From: Parcubacteria group bacterium LiPW_15
Lineage (GTDB): Bacteria; Patescibacteriota; Minisyncoccia; UBA6257; 2-01-FULL-56-20
NCBI GenBank assembly: GCA_007375645.1
Contig: VMER01000001.1
Location: 69,139-133,138 of the forward strand
Direction of reading: 5' to 3'
DNA: 64,000 nucleotides
The notes beneath the pieces are model-generated. The model had not been told where the DNA came from, searched no databases, and saw only the letters and a list, made by a program, of their open reading frames with translations. This document shows positions 1 through 8,082 of the stretch, one piece after another. The translations under genes were made by a program, and so were the position numbers. The number at the start of each line of letters is the position of its first letter. Positions within the stretch are counted from its first letter, which is position 1.

Positions 1-5
1 CGCTT

Positions 6-623
6 GTGCTTTGCGAGGTGATGAATGCGCCTAAAAAGCCGCTTGTTGTGATCCTGGGCGGAGGAAAGGCGGGGGATAAGCTCGGGGTATTGAAGTTTCT
101 ACGGAACCGCGCAGACAAGTTTTTGTTGGGCGGAGCGCCGGCGAATACACTTTCGATGCTTGAGGGCGTAAAGGTGGGCAAGTCTTTGGTCGAAGGAGAC
201 AAAAAGAGGCTTAAGGCGCTCAAGGCGATCCTTGCGTATCGAAACTTAATTTTACCGATAGATTTCAGGAGAAGCGGCAACTCGATATTCGATATCGGTC
301 CGCACACGGAAGAAATATTCGCGGGAGAGATCAAAAAAGCAAAAACCTTGATTTGGAACGGACCAGTCGGTTATTTTGAGGAAGCGGCTTTTGCAAAAGG
401 ATCTTTAGCGATAGCTCGAGCGGTCAAAAAAAACAATAAATTATTTTCCATAGTCGGCGGAGGAGAAACCGTGGCTTTTCTTAAAAAATATAAAATGACC
501 GGTGCGTTTAGTTTTATTTCTACCGGGGGAGGTGCTATGCTTGATTTCCTGGCGGGTAAAAAACTTCCCGGCATAGTTGCTTTAGAAAAAAATGGCAAGA
601 CAAATCGAACGCAGAAAAAATAG
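6..623 (+). CDS. pgk: phosphoglycerate kinase, C-terminal part (5-prime end lies outside the window)
   Basis: PGK motifs ILGGGKAGDK, WNGPVGYFE, GGGET, STGGGAMLDFLAGKKLPG; ORF open to window start. Confidence 0.85.
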   Translation: MLCEVMNAPKKPLVVILGGGKAGDKLGVLKFLRNRADKFLLGGAPANTLSMLEGVKVGKSLVEGDKKRLKALKAILAYRNLILPIDFRRSGNSIFDIGPHTEEIFAGEIKKAKTLIWNGPVGYFEEAAFAKGSLAIARAVKKNNKLFSIVGGGETVAFLKKYKMTGAFSFISTGGGAMLDFLAGKKLPGIVALEKNGKTNRTQKK

Positions 624-1467
624 GCATCTTCCGACAAAACGGACCGCTGTGTTTTATCACGGCAGTTGCAATGATGGCTTCGGCGGAGCTTGGGCGGCTT
701 GGAAAAAATTCGGCAACAAAGCCGACTACGTTGCTATGTATCGCGGTACTCCGGTGCCGGACATAAAAAACAAAGAAGTATATTTTATCGACTACACTTT
801 GCCGAGAAAGGAGACTGAGCGATTTATTGCGCGAAACAGACGCGTCACCTGCATCGACCACCATATTACCGCAAAAGAGACGGTGATGATAACCGAGGCG
901 CCCAGTTTTTCATTGGACCATTCCGGAGCGGTGCTGGCCTGGAATTATTTCCATCCGCGGGAAAGGGTCCCCTTACTTTTAAAATACATCGAAGATCGCG
1001 ATCTTTGGAGATGGAAAATGCCGAAAGCCAAAGCGATACTTTCAGGAACTAATTTTTCAAACGAAGCAGTTTGGACCTTTAAAGGTTTCAGCAAGCTTGT
1101 GGCTGATTTTGAGAAACCGGCCTATCGCGCTCAGTGCATAAAAGACGGCGAGATAGCCAAGAGCGTAAGCGACGGGTTTATCGAAAAGATCGCAAGCCAG
1201 GCGGTGGGCGTGAAGCTCGCGGGGATAAAAGCGCTCGCGGTAAATGCGCCGGAATTTTTCTCAAGCGGAGTCGGAAACTATCTGGTTGAAAAAACTGGAA
1301 TCCCCTTCGTAATTATTTGGCAGGTTGATGGCAAGATGATCAGGGTCTCTCTGCGTTCCGGCGGCAAGGCTAACGTCGCGAAAATCGCGGAAAAATTCGG
1401 CGGGGGAGGGCATGAACGATCTGCCGGATTTAGGATAAAGAATTTTAAAAAAATCCCCTGGAAATGA
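592..1467 (+). CDS. DHH/DHHA1 family phosphoesterase (NrnA-like)
   Basis: HGSCNDGFGG motif I, CIDHH motif, C-terminal GGGGHERSAGF (DHHA1); overlaps pgk end. Confidence 0.7.
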   Translation: MARQIERRKNRHLPTKRTAVFYHGSCNDGFGGAWAAWKKFGNKADYVAMYRGTPVPDIKNKEVYFIDYTLPRKETERFIARNRRVTCIDHHITAKETVMITEAPSFSLDHSGAVLAWNYFHPRERVPLLLKYIEDRDLWRWKMPKAKAILSGTNFSNEAVWTFKGFSKLVADFEKPAYRAQCIKDGEIAKSVSDGFIEKIASQAVGVKLAGIKALAVNAPEFFSSGVGNYLVEKTGIPFVIIWQVDGKMIRVSLRSGGKANVAKIAEKFGGGGHERSAGFRIKNFKKIPWK

Positions 1468-2084
1468 AAAAACTTAAATTTTACGCATATCTTGTTCCCT
1501 CTAAGGAAAAGCAGGGGATAACCGATAGTTGGCCAGAGTGCGAGCGGCATGTGAAAGGAGTGAATGGGGCGAGATACCGCTCCTTTAATTCCCGGGAAGC
1601 GGCTTCCGAATGGTTGCATTCCGGAGCGGAATATGAAAAAAAGCCAGCGCGTGTCAAAGCCAAACTCTCTCCCGGCGTATATTTTGATGCCGGCACCGGA
1701 AGAGGCGAGGGCGTGGAAATAAGCGTAACAGACGAGAAAGGCGTTAATTTGCTGCCCAAGGTTTTGCCGAGAGCAAAACTTAACCGCTTCGGCAAACATT
1801 TGGTGGCGCATGCCGATGCCACAAACAATTACGGCGAACTTTTGGCGTTGAAGTACGCCCTCCGTTACGCGATAAAAGAGGAAGAAAAAAGTATTTTCGG
1901 CGACAGCAAGTTGGTAATAGACCATTGGTCAAAATATCAGATAAAGAGGAAAGAGGTCGCCCCCAAAACAGTTAAGCTCGCGGAGGAGGTGAGCTCTATG
2001 AGAGAAGAGTTCGAGGCGGATGGAGGAGTAATATCGCGCGTGTCCGGCGCGGACAATCCCGCAGATCTAGGGTTTCATAGGTAA
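1464..2084 (+). CDS. rnhA: RNase H type 1 with N-terminal hybrid-binding (HBD) domain
   Basis: N-term FYAY..G..GARYRSFNSREAASEWL (HBD-like); catalytic YFDAGTGRG, NNYGELLAL, GDSKLVIDHWS, ISGADNPADLGFH. Confidence 0.6.
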   Translation: MKKLKFYAYLVPSKEKQGITDSWPECERHVKGVNGARYRSFNSREAASEWLHSGAEYEKKPARVKAKLSPGVYFDAGTGRGEGVEISVTDEKGVNLLPKVLPRAKLNRFGKHLVAHADATNNYGELLALKYALRYAIKEEEKSIFGDSKLVIDHWSKYQIKRKEVAPKTVKLAEEVSSMREEFEADGGVISRVSGADNPADLGFHR

Positions 2085-2093
2085 CGAAAAGCC

Positions 2094-2119
2094 CCGCCTG
2101 CCTGCCGGCAGGCAGGCGG
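2094..2119. terminator. perfect 26-nt palindromic hairpin ccgcctgcctgccggcaggcaggcgg between convergent rnhA-like gene and rnpB
   Basis: self-complementary; near-identical 20-mer recurs at 50212-50231. Confidence 0.5.
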
Positions 2120-2164
2120 TTTCGCGGCCACCCTTATCTATTTGGAATAATTTTTGAAAATGAA

Positions 2165-2190
2165 AAACCCGGCATTTTAAGCCGGGCCGT
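2165..2190 (-). terminator. intrinsic terminator of RNase P RNA
   Basis: minus strand cccggcttaaaatgccggg followed by TTTTT, directly after rnpB 3-prime end. Confidence 0.55.
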
Positions 2191-2196
2191 TCATAT

Positions 2197-2570
2197 TTTG
2201 TTGTTGGCAATCCGTAAGCCGGATTCTGTCGGGGACGATCATTTCTCTGGGCCATAGATTGCTCTATAGCTCAAGCGGGCACAAATCCGCCAGCTGGCGG
2301 AAGTACGACCCTTGCACCCAGTAAGGATTTTGCCGTTTCACCTCTTTGGTTTCCCAAAAAGCTCGCCAAGCACAAAATAAATTCTATGCTCGGCGCCTTG
2401 ACCCTTTCGAGTTTCGGCGTCTCTGCTCGCACCTCTATCCTTGCGGACGACGGCCGTTAGCCGCTACTTTTTTACCTAGCACACAAAGTGCTGCGGTGGT
2501 GTCCGGACTTTCCTCCCCCTAAGTTGTCTTGCGACGACCGGGAGCGATCGCCTGTATTACCAACTTTAGT
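2197..2570 (-). ncRNA. rnpB: RNase P RNA, bacterial type A
   Basis: minus-strand GGAGGAAAGTCCGGAC (P4 5-prime strand, RC of 2494-2509) and ACAGAATCCGGCTTAC (P4 3-prime strand, RC of 2214-2229); P1 pairing gttggtaat/attgccaac between ends; TGTATAAT extended -10 just upstream. Confidence 0.8.
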
Positions 2571-2623
2571 ATTATACAATAAACCAATAAAAAAGCAAAC
2601 CCCCGCCGAAGCGGGGGATATTG

Positions 2624-3166
2624 CTACTTTTCTGCCAGCTGGGCAGAGATTCTCGGAGGCAGACCGAGGTTTCTTACGGAAACCGAGGTATACCAGTTAC
2701 GCCAGTTAGAGTAATCGTCTTCGATCATCTTTCGGGCGAGGACTTTCTGAAAGTCGCAGTCATAGATCATGTTTTCAAGTTCCGCGTCCTCCGTGTTTTC
2801 CAAAAGATCATACTTTCGGATGTAGGAGCGGAAGGTGGCCATTTGGAATTGGAGACAACCATACGAGTATTGATTGTTGTGGTCCAGGATCTTTATGTGT
2901 TCCCGGCCCTCAGATTCCTTGTGGGCCAGCTTCTGGAGCCAAGAGTCCATGGCGTCGGGGGCGTTTTGGGCGCTTACCTGAGCCGAGGATCGGTCGGACA
3001 CCGCAGACGAAAGCATGGCTACGGGGCTTGTATTGGCAACGGACGCCATGATGGCGCCGGCAGCCAAATTCTTGATTAGCAGTATATTCATGGATTTGCT
3101 TTGCTGAATGGCAGTTAATGGCGAATTGCTCCCAAAGTCCAAAGAAACAAAAAACTCGTCATACAA
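2624..3166 (-). CDS. secreted or membrane-anchored Rpf/transglycosylase-like domain protein (alternative start at 3091)
   Basis: hydrophobic N-terminal segment MNILLIKNLAAGAIMASVA; motif NQYSYGCLQFQMATF resembling Rpf GGLQF..TW; hairpin plus T-tract terminator at 2584-2625. Confidence 0.45.
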   Translation of the reverse strand: MYDEFFVSLDFGSNSPLTAIQQSKSMNILLIKNLAAGAIMASVANTSPVAMLSSAVSDRSSAQVSAQNAPDAMDSWLQKLAHKESEGREHIKILDHNNQYSYGCLQFQMATFRSYIRKYDLLENTEDAELENMIYDCDFQKVLARKMIEDDYSNWRNWYTSVSVRNLGLPPRISAQLAEK

Positions 3167-3308
3167 CGAGTCTTGCCCACTTAACCTGTTATTCAGTTTT
3201 GCTGGGTTAGTTTAGCATGGTGCCGGAAAAAAGTCAAGGTTTCCGGTGCCAAAAACACTGAAAAACCCTTATTTTACAAGGGTTTATAGACCTACTGAAA
3301 CTCGGGTT

Positions 3309-3806
3309 TTAGGACGCTTTTTGATGTTTTGAGGACTCCGGACGAACCCTCTCGGTAACGTCTAATTTTCGTAAAATGTAGAGCGAACCGGACATAATTA
3401 CCGCCGCGACAACCGCAAATTTTATGAGATTTAGGCCCACCAGCGTGCCTATCGCCGCCGCGGCCCAGATCAGGGCGGCGGTAGTAAGTCCTCGGACATG
3501 CTCACCGTTCTTAATGATGATGCCGGCGCCCAGGAATCCGATACCCACGACAATGTTGGATATTACTCTGTCGGGTAGGGTATTTTTTAACTCCTCCACC
3601 GGAAGTTGGGACATAAAAGGAATCATGATGGAAATCATCGTGAAAATTGCCGCTCCGCCGGCCACCATCATGGCGGTACGGATTCCGGCTTCCTTGCCGA
3701 TCACCTCGCGCTCCAAGCCCATAAGAGCTCCAAGCGCCATGGCTATCACCAGCCTCAAAATCAGTTGAGAAAATGTCAGCATGTGTTTATACTCATATAG
3801 TATCAC
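3309..3806 (-). CDS. mgtC: MgtC/SapB family membrane protein
   Basis: LRLVIAMALGALMGLEREVIGKEAGIRTAMMVAGGAAIF typical of MgtC N-terminus; 4-5 TM; start may be Met at 3782. Confidence 0.7.
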   Translation of the reverse strand: MILYEYKHMLTFSQLILRLVIAMALGALMGLEREVIGKEAGIRTAMMVAGGAAIFTMISIMIPFMSQLPVEELKNTLPDRVISNIVVGIGFLGAGIIIKNGEHVRGLTTAALIWAAAAIGTLVGLNLIKFAVVAAVIMSGSLYILRKLDVTERVRPESSKHQKAS

Positions 3807-3815
3807 ATTTTATCA

Positions 3816-5219
3816 ATGAGAACACCGATATCCGAAGTAAAAAACAGCGAAGGAAAGGAACTGGAATTTTCCGGTTGGGTCCATGCCCGACGCGACCACG
3901 GAAAAATTATTTTTATTGACCTAAGAGACCGTTCCGGCCTGGTCCAGGTGGTTTTCACGCCTTCGATTCCCGAAGCTAAAGACTTGCGGTTGGAATATGC
4001 GATTAAAATTACCGGTCTTGTGAAAGCTCGTCCGGCGAGCATGGTTTCCGCCGAGCAGCCTAACGGCGCCTTTGAATTGGAAGCTAAGACTCTGGAAATC
4101 CTGAACGCATCCCTAGCCACCCCAATTTCCGTAGACACCGACGGCATGGAAATAGACGAGGAGGTTCGGATGAAGTACAGATATTTGGATCTTCGCCGAG
4201 AGCGCCTCAAAAATAATCTTTTGGCTCGGAACAAAGTCATTAAATTTGTTCGCGACTTTTTAATCGATAAAAATGAATTTGTGGAGGTGGAAACCCCGAT
4301 ACTTACCAAATCCACTCCGGAAGGAGCGCGGGACTATTTGGTGCCTTCAAGGATCTATCCAGGCAAGTTCTACGCGCTTCCGCAATCTCCCCAGCAGTAT
4401 AAACAACTGTTGATGGTCGCCGGTTTGGAAAAGTATTTTCAGATAGCCAGGTGCTTCAGGGATGAAGACACCCGCGGAGACCGCCAGCCGGAATTTACTC
4501 AATTGGACCTCGAAATGAGTTTCGTAGAGCGGGAAGATGTTATCGCTTTGAACGAAGCGCTGCTTATCGAACTTATAGAAAAACTTTATCCGGAAAAGAA
4601 AATCCAAGAGAAGCCTTTCCCGCGGCTCACCTACAAAGAAGCGACGGAGAAATACGGCATCGATCGGCCGGATTTAAGGACCGACAAAAATGATCCGAAC
4701 TTACTCGCTTTTTGCTGGATAATAGATTTTCCTTTCTTCGAAAAGGTGGATGCTGCGCACTCCGAAGCTTCAGTGAAGGAGTGGACCTTCACACACAATC
4801 CTTTTTCCGCGCCTAAGCCGGAATTTATGGAAGACCTTTTAGCGGAGAAAAATATCGGCGATATTTTAACTACGCAATACGACGTAGTGTTAAATGGCCT
4901 GGAGATCGGCGGCGGAAGCATCAGGAACCATAAGCCCGAGGCACTTAAAGCCGTATTTAAAATAATGGGTTTTGAAGACGCGAGGATCGAATCGAATTTT
5001 GGCCACATGCTTCAAGCGCTTTCTTTCGGCGCTCCGCCGCACGGAGGCATCGCCTGGGGTTTGGACAGGCTTGTTTCGCTTTTACAGAATGAGCCGAATA
5101 TCCGCGAGGTTATCGCTTTTCCGAAGACGGGAGACGGTCGCGATCCGATGATGGACTCACCGTCGACGGTGGATGAGAAGCAGCTAAAAGAGCTCGGTAT
5201 AAAGATAGAAAAGAAATAA
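3816..5219 (+). CDS. aspS: aspartyl-tRNA synthetase, short bacterial form without GAD domain
   Basis: class II motifs FRDEDTRGDRQPEFTQLDLEMSF, GLDRLV; 467 aa. Confidence 0.9.
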   Translation: MRTPISEVKNSEGKELEFSGWVHARRDHGKIIFIDLRDRSGLVQVVFTPSIPEAKDLRLEYAIKITGLVKARPASMVSAEQPNGAFELEAKTLEILNASLATPISVDTDGMEIDEEVRMKYRYLDLRRERLKNNLLARNKVIKFVRDFLIDKNEFVEVETPILTKSTPEGARDYLVPSRIYPGKFYALPQSPQQYKQLLMVAGLEKYFQIARCFRDEDTRGDRQPEFTQLDLEMSFVEREDVIALNEALLIELIEKLYPEKKIQEKPFPRLTYKEATEKYGIDRPDLRTDKNDPNLLAFCWIIDFPFFEKVDAAHSEASVKEWTFTHNPFSAPKPEFMEDLLAEKNIGDILTTQYDVVLNGLEIGGGSIRNHKPEALKAVFKIMGFEDARIESNFGHMLQALSFGAPPHGGIAWGLDRLVSLLQNEPNIREVIAFPKTGDGRDPMMDSPSTVDEKQLKELGIKIEKK

Positions 5220-5224
5220 GCGCC

Positions 5225-5692
5225 ATGGCAGCGAAAAAACAGTTAACCCTCTGTCTCGTCCATCAGCACCCTAAGATACTTTTGGGGATGAAAAAACGCG
5301 GTTTTGGAGCGGGGCGATATAACGGTTTTGGCGGAAAAGTTGAGGAGGGAGAAACCGTGGACGAAGCCGCGAAGCGAGAACTGAAAGAAGAATCAGGTAT
5401 CTCAGTCGATAATTTAGAGAGGGCCGGGATCTTAGATTTTTCCTGGGAGGGTAAAGATGGAATATTAGAGGTCCACATTTTTAAGGCCACAGAATTTAAG
5501 GGTGTCCCCGAAGAAAGCGAGGAAATGGCTCCAGAGTGGTTCGATGTTTCCGATATCCCGTTTGGAACCATGTGGCCGGACGATAAATACTGGATGCCGT
5601 TGTTTCTTGCGGGAAAAAAGTTTTCCGGTAATTTCCATTTCGGCGAAGGAGACGCGATAATCGAATATAATCTAAACGAAATAAATAATTAA
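5225..5692 (+). CDS. NUDIX hydrolase
   Basis: Nudix box GGKVEEGETVDEAAKRELKEESGI. Confidence 0.8.
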   Translation: MAAKKQLTLCLVHQHPKILLGMKKRGFGAGRYNGFGGKVEEGETVDEAAKRELKEESGISVDNLERAGILDFSWEGKDGILEVHIFKATEFKGVPEESEEMAPEWFDVSDIPFGTMWPDDKYWMPLFLAGKKFSGNFHFGEGDAIIEYNLNEINN

Positions 5693-5809
5693 AATTCACC
5701 CTCCACACTTTTTAGATAGGCACTATGTTTTTGGTGGAAATTAAGATAAAGTTATTCAGAAGAAATTTATAAACTATCGTCGATTAATTAAAAAGTTAGG
5801 AGGGTAAAA

Positions 5810-6289
5810 ATGACACACAATAAAGCGGAAAGGACAGTGGTCTTGATAAAACCGGATGCGCTCCAGAGAGCGCTTGTGGGCGAAATTATAAAACGCTTCG
5901 AACAGAAGGGGCTCAAGATCGTTGCCCTGAAGCTCATGGAGCTTGGCGACGCAATTCTCAGCGAACATTACAGCCACCACAAAGAAAAGCCGTTTTTCCC
6001 GAAACTTAAATCATTTATGATGCAGGCTCCGATCGTGGCTATGGTCCTTGAGGGAATTGAGGCTATATCCGTAGTCAGAATGATCGCCGGAAAAACCCAG
6101 GGAAGAGAGGCGGATATGGGAACCATCCGCGGAGATCTTTCCATGTCCACCCAGGCGAACATTGTCCACTCCTCTGATTCAAAAGAAACCGCCGAGGCGG
6201 AAATAAAAAGATTTTTCAAAGAAAATGAGATAATCGATTACGTCCACGGGAACTTTAATTTCGTCTACGCGGAGGAGGAAAGGGAATAG
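5810..6289 (+). CDS. ndk: nucleoside diphosphate kinase
   Basis: RTVVLIKPDA, NIVHSSDS, SD taggaggg upstream. Confidence 0.9.
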   Translation: MTHNKAERTVVLIKPDALQRALVGEIIKRFEQKGLKIVALKLMELGDAILSEHYSHHKEKPFFPKLKSFMMQAPIVAMVLEGIEAISVVRMIAGKTQGREADMGTIRGDLSMSTQANIVHSSDSKETAEAEIKRFFKENEIIDYVHGNFNFVYAEEERE

Positions 6290-6359
6290 GCCTTGTCTGC
6301 GGGAATTTTTTTGTATATAATTTTCGCCGATCATCACAACTCAAAGGAAGGAGGGCAAA

Positions 6360-6641
6360 ATGCCTTTTGTTGCGCAGGAAAAACTTCCCTCTGGCGAAGA
6401 GCTCATCGCGAGAGCGGTGAGCGATCTCGACGATTGTAATGTTCGCGCGGAGGGGCAGTATTCCGTGATCCTGACCCTGAAGGACGGATCCAAATTCCGT
6501 CTCCTTCCCACAAACGACAACTGGGTGCGCCTGGGCAGGGAAAGGGTTTCCCATTTCGTGGAGCGCTCGAACACTCAATACACCTTTTTTGACATGGTTT
6601 TCTTTCCCTCCAACGAGAGAGCCTCCTTCCACCTTCATTAA
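6360..6641 (+). CDS. hypothetical small protein (93 aa)
   Basis: own extended -10 tttttgTATATAAT at about 6316, SD ggaaggaggg 8 nt before ATG, hairpin plus T-tract downstream. Confidence 0.5.
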   Translation: MPFVAQEKLPSGEELIARAVSDLDDCNVRAEGQYSVILTLKDGSKFRLLPTNDNWVRLGRERVSHFVERSNTQYTFFDMVFFPSNERASFHLH

Positions 6642-6698
6642 GAGAGGCAGATGATCCAAGCCCCCATTCCCGCAAGGAACGGGGGATTTTTCTATAAA

Positions 6699-7427
6699 TT
6701 ATTTCTGTTCCGCTTTGGAGAAAGCTTTCACTATCGCGTCCATATCTCCTTCTAGTATTTTCTCAATATTGTGCCATTTCTTTCCGATGCGGTGATCCGT
6801 GATGCGGTCATCCGGGAAGTTATAAGTGCGGATCTTTTCGGAACGGTCTCCGGAACCCACGAGTTCGTGTCTCGAGGCGCCGGCCGCGGCCATTTCTTTT
6901 TGCATTTGTTCGTCCCGCAGTTTGGTGGCTAGAAGGTTTAAGGCTTTTTCGCGGTTCGCGCTCTGCGAACGTTCGGCGCGGGAGAAAACCACAATGCCGC
7001 TAGGTTTATGGAGCATCCGGACTGCAGTTTCAACTTTGTTGACGTTTTGCCCTCCTGGGCCTCCGGCGCGTTGAAAAGTCACCTCCAAGTCTCCCTGGTT
7101 GATATGCACCTCCTTGGCTTCTACTTCTTTTAAAACGATAACCGAGGCGGTAGAGGTGTGAACGCGTCCGCTCTTTTCCGTTTTCGGCACTCTCTGTACC
7201 CGATGCACTCCGGATTCCTGTTTTAATGCGTCATATGCTCCGGCACCGGCAATTTCCGCGACGAAGGATTTATATCCATAGAGCGAGGTTTCGTTGGAGT
7301 CCATTATGTTGAAGGCCCAACCGCGTTTTGCGGCATAGCGCTGATACATTCTGGCGAGATCACCCGCAAAAAGAGAGGCCTCATCGCCTCCGGCTCCAGC
7401 GCGAATTTCTAATATAACCTTATCCAT
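6699..7427 (-). CDS. prfA: class I peptide chain release factor, RF1-type, lacking N-terminal domain 1
   Basis: starts at [13 protein letters not shown] (domain 2); [17 protein letters not shown] (PxT region), GGQ in [26 protein letters not shown]; in-frame stop 3 codons upstream of ATG; no SD. Confidence 0.7.
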   Translation of the reverse strand: MDKVILEIRAGAGGDEASLFAGDLARMYQRYAAKRGWAFNIMDSNETSLYGYKSFVAEIAGAGAYDALKQESGVHRVQRVPKTEKSGRVHTSTASVIVLKEVEAKEVHINQGDLEVTFQRAGGPGGQNVNKVETAVRMLHKPSGIVVFSRAERSQSANREKALNLLATKLRDEQMQKEMAAAGASRHELVGSGDRSEKIRTYNFPDDRITDHRIGKKWHNIEKILEGDMDAIVKAFSKAEQK

Positions 7428-7472
7428 AGTGAGTTAATTTTAGTCGAAATATATTTTCTGGGCAAACAAAAA

Positions 7473-7498
7473 CCCGGACAGTCCATGGACTGTCCGGG
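7473..7498. terminator. palindromic hairpin cccggacagtccatggactgtccggg plus T-tract; terminator of rpmE
   Basis: perfect 26-nt palindrome; minus strand followed by TTTTTGTTT; copy with one mismatch at 14216-14241. Confidence 0.55.
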
Positions 7499-7508
7499 TT
7501 AGCAACTG

Positions 7509-7757
7509 CTACTTTGCTTTCTTTACGCGAACCTTCTTTGCTTTCGGTTCAGCTGCTTTGGAGCGGCGGGTCTTAAAGCGTTCCAGGCGGCCGGCAACGT
7601 CAAGCATTTTTTCTTCGCCAGTGAAGAATGGGTGACATTTGGAGCAGATTTCCACTTTTATCTCATTCTTGGTGGCGCCGACCGTGAAGGAATTGCCGCA
7701 GGCGCAGAGTACCTTAGCTTTGGGGAAGTATTCGGGATGAATTTCTTTTTTAGCCAT
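7509..7757 (-). CDS. rpmE: 50S ribosomal protein L31
   Basis: [31 protein letters not shown]. Confidence 0.85.
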   Translation of the reverse strand: MAKKEIHPEYFPKAKVLCACGNSFTVGATKNEIKVEICSKCHPFFTGEEKMLDVAGRLERFKTRRSKAAEPKAKKVRVKKAK

Positions 7758-7842
7758 AGTGGAATCAATTATACATAATTTACTTGACCTGGCAAGACTT
7801 TGGGGCATATATTATGAGCGGTTCCCCGAGTGAGGAGGTTCT

Positions 7843-8037
7843 ATGGCCGATTTTCTACTGGTCGATCTGGATCGCGGTGTGGTGGTCGACTTACTTCTGC
7901 CTGCCAACGACATCGAAGCCGCAAAGAGAATGGCTCGGGAAAAGTACGGCGTGCTTCCCAGCCATTTCCATCTCGCCCAACTCGTCCCCGACGACAGCCC
8001 CTCTTCGTTCGACTTCACGAGCGCCAGTCAGTCCTGA
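7843..8037 (+). CDS. hypothetical small protein (64 aa), GC-rich
   Basis: TTGACC-N17-ATATAT promoter at about 7788-7816, SD gaggagg 7 nt before ATG, hairpin ccggcccccaaaggccgg plus T-tract at 8058-8090. Confidence 0.45.
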   Translation: MADFLLVDLDRGVVVDLLLPANDIEAAKRMAREKYGVLPSHFHLAQLVPDDSPSSFDFTSASQS

Positions 8038-8082
8038 TTAAGCGTTCGCTCTTCTCCCCGGCCCCCAAAGGCCGGGTGATTT

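Noticed and set aside
6699-7508. Programmed +1 frameshift (RF2 prfB-style) to explain the short release factor
   Set aside because: Motifs are RF1-type (PxT region, no SPF). An in-frame stop lies 3 codons upstream and only 81 nt of non-coding DNA precede it, so no upstream frame can encode domain 1.
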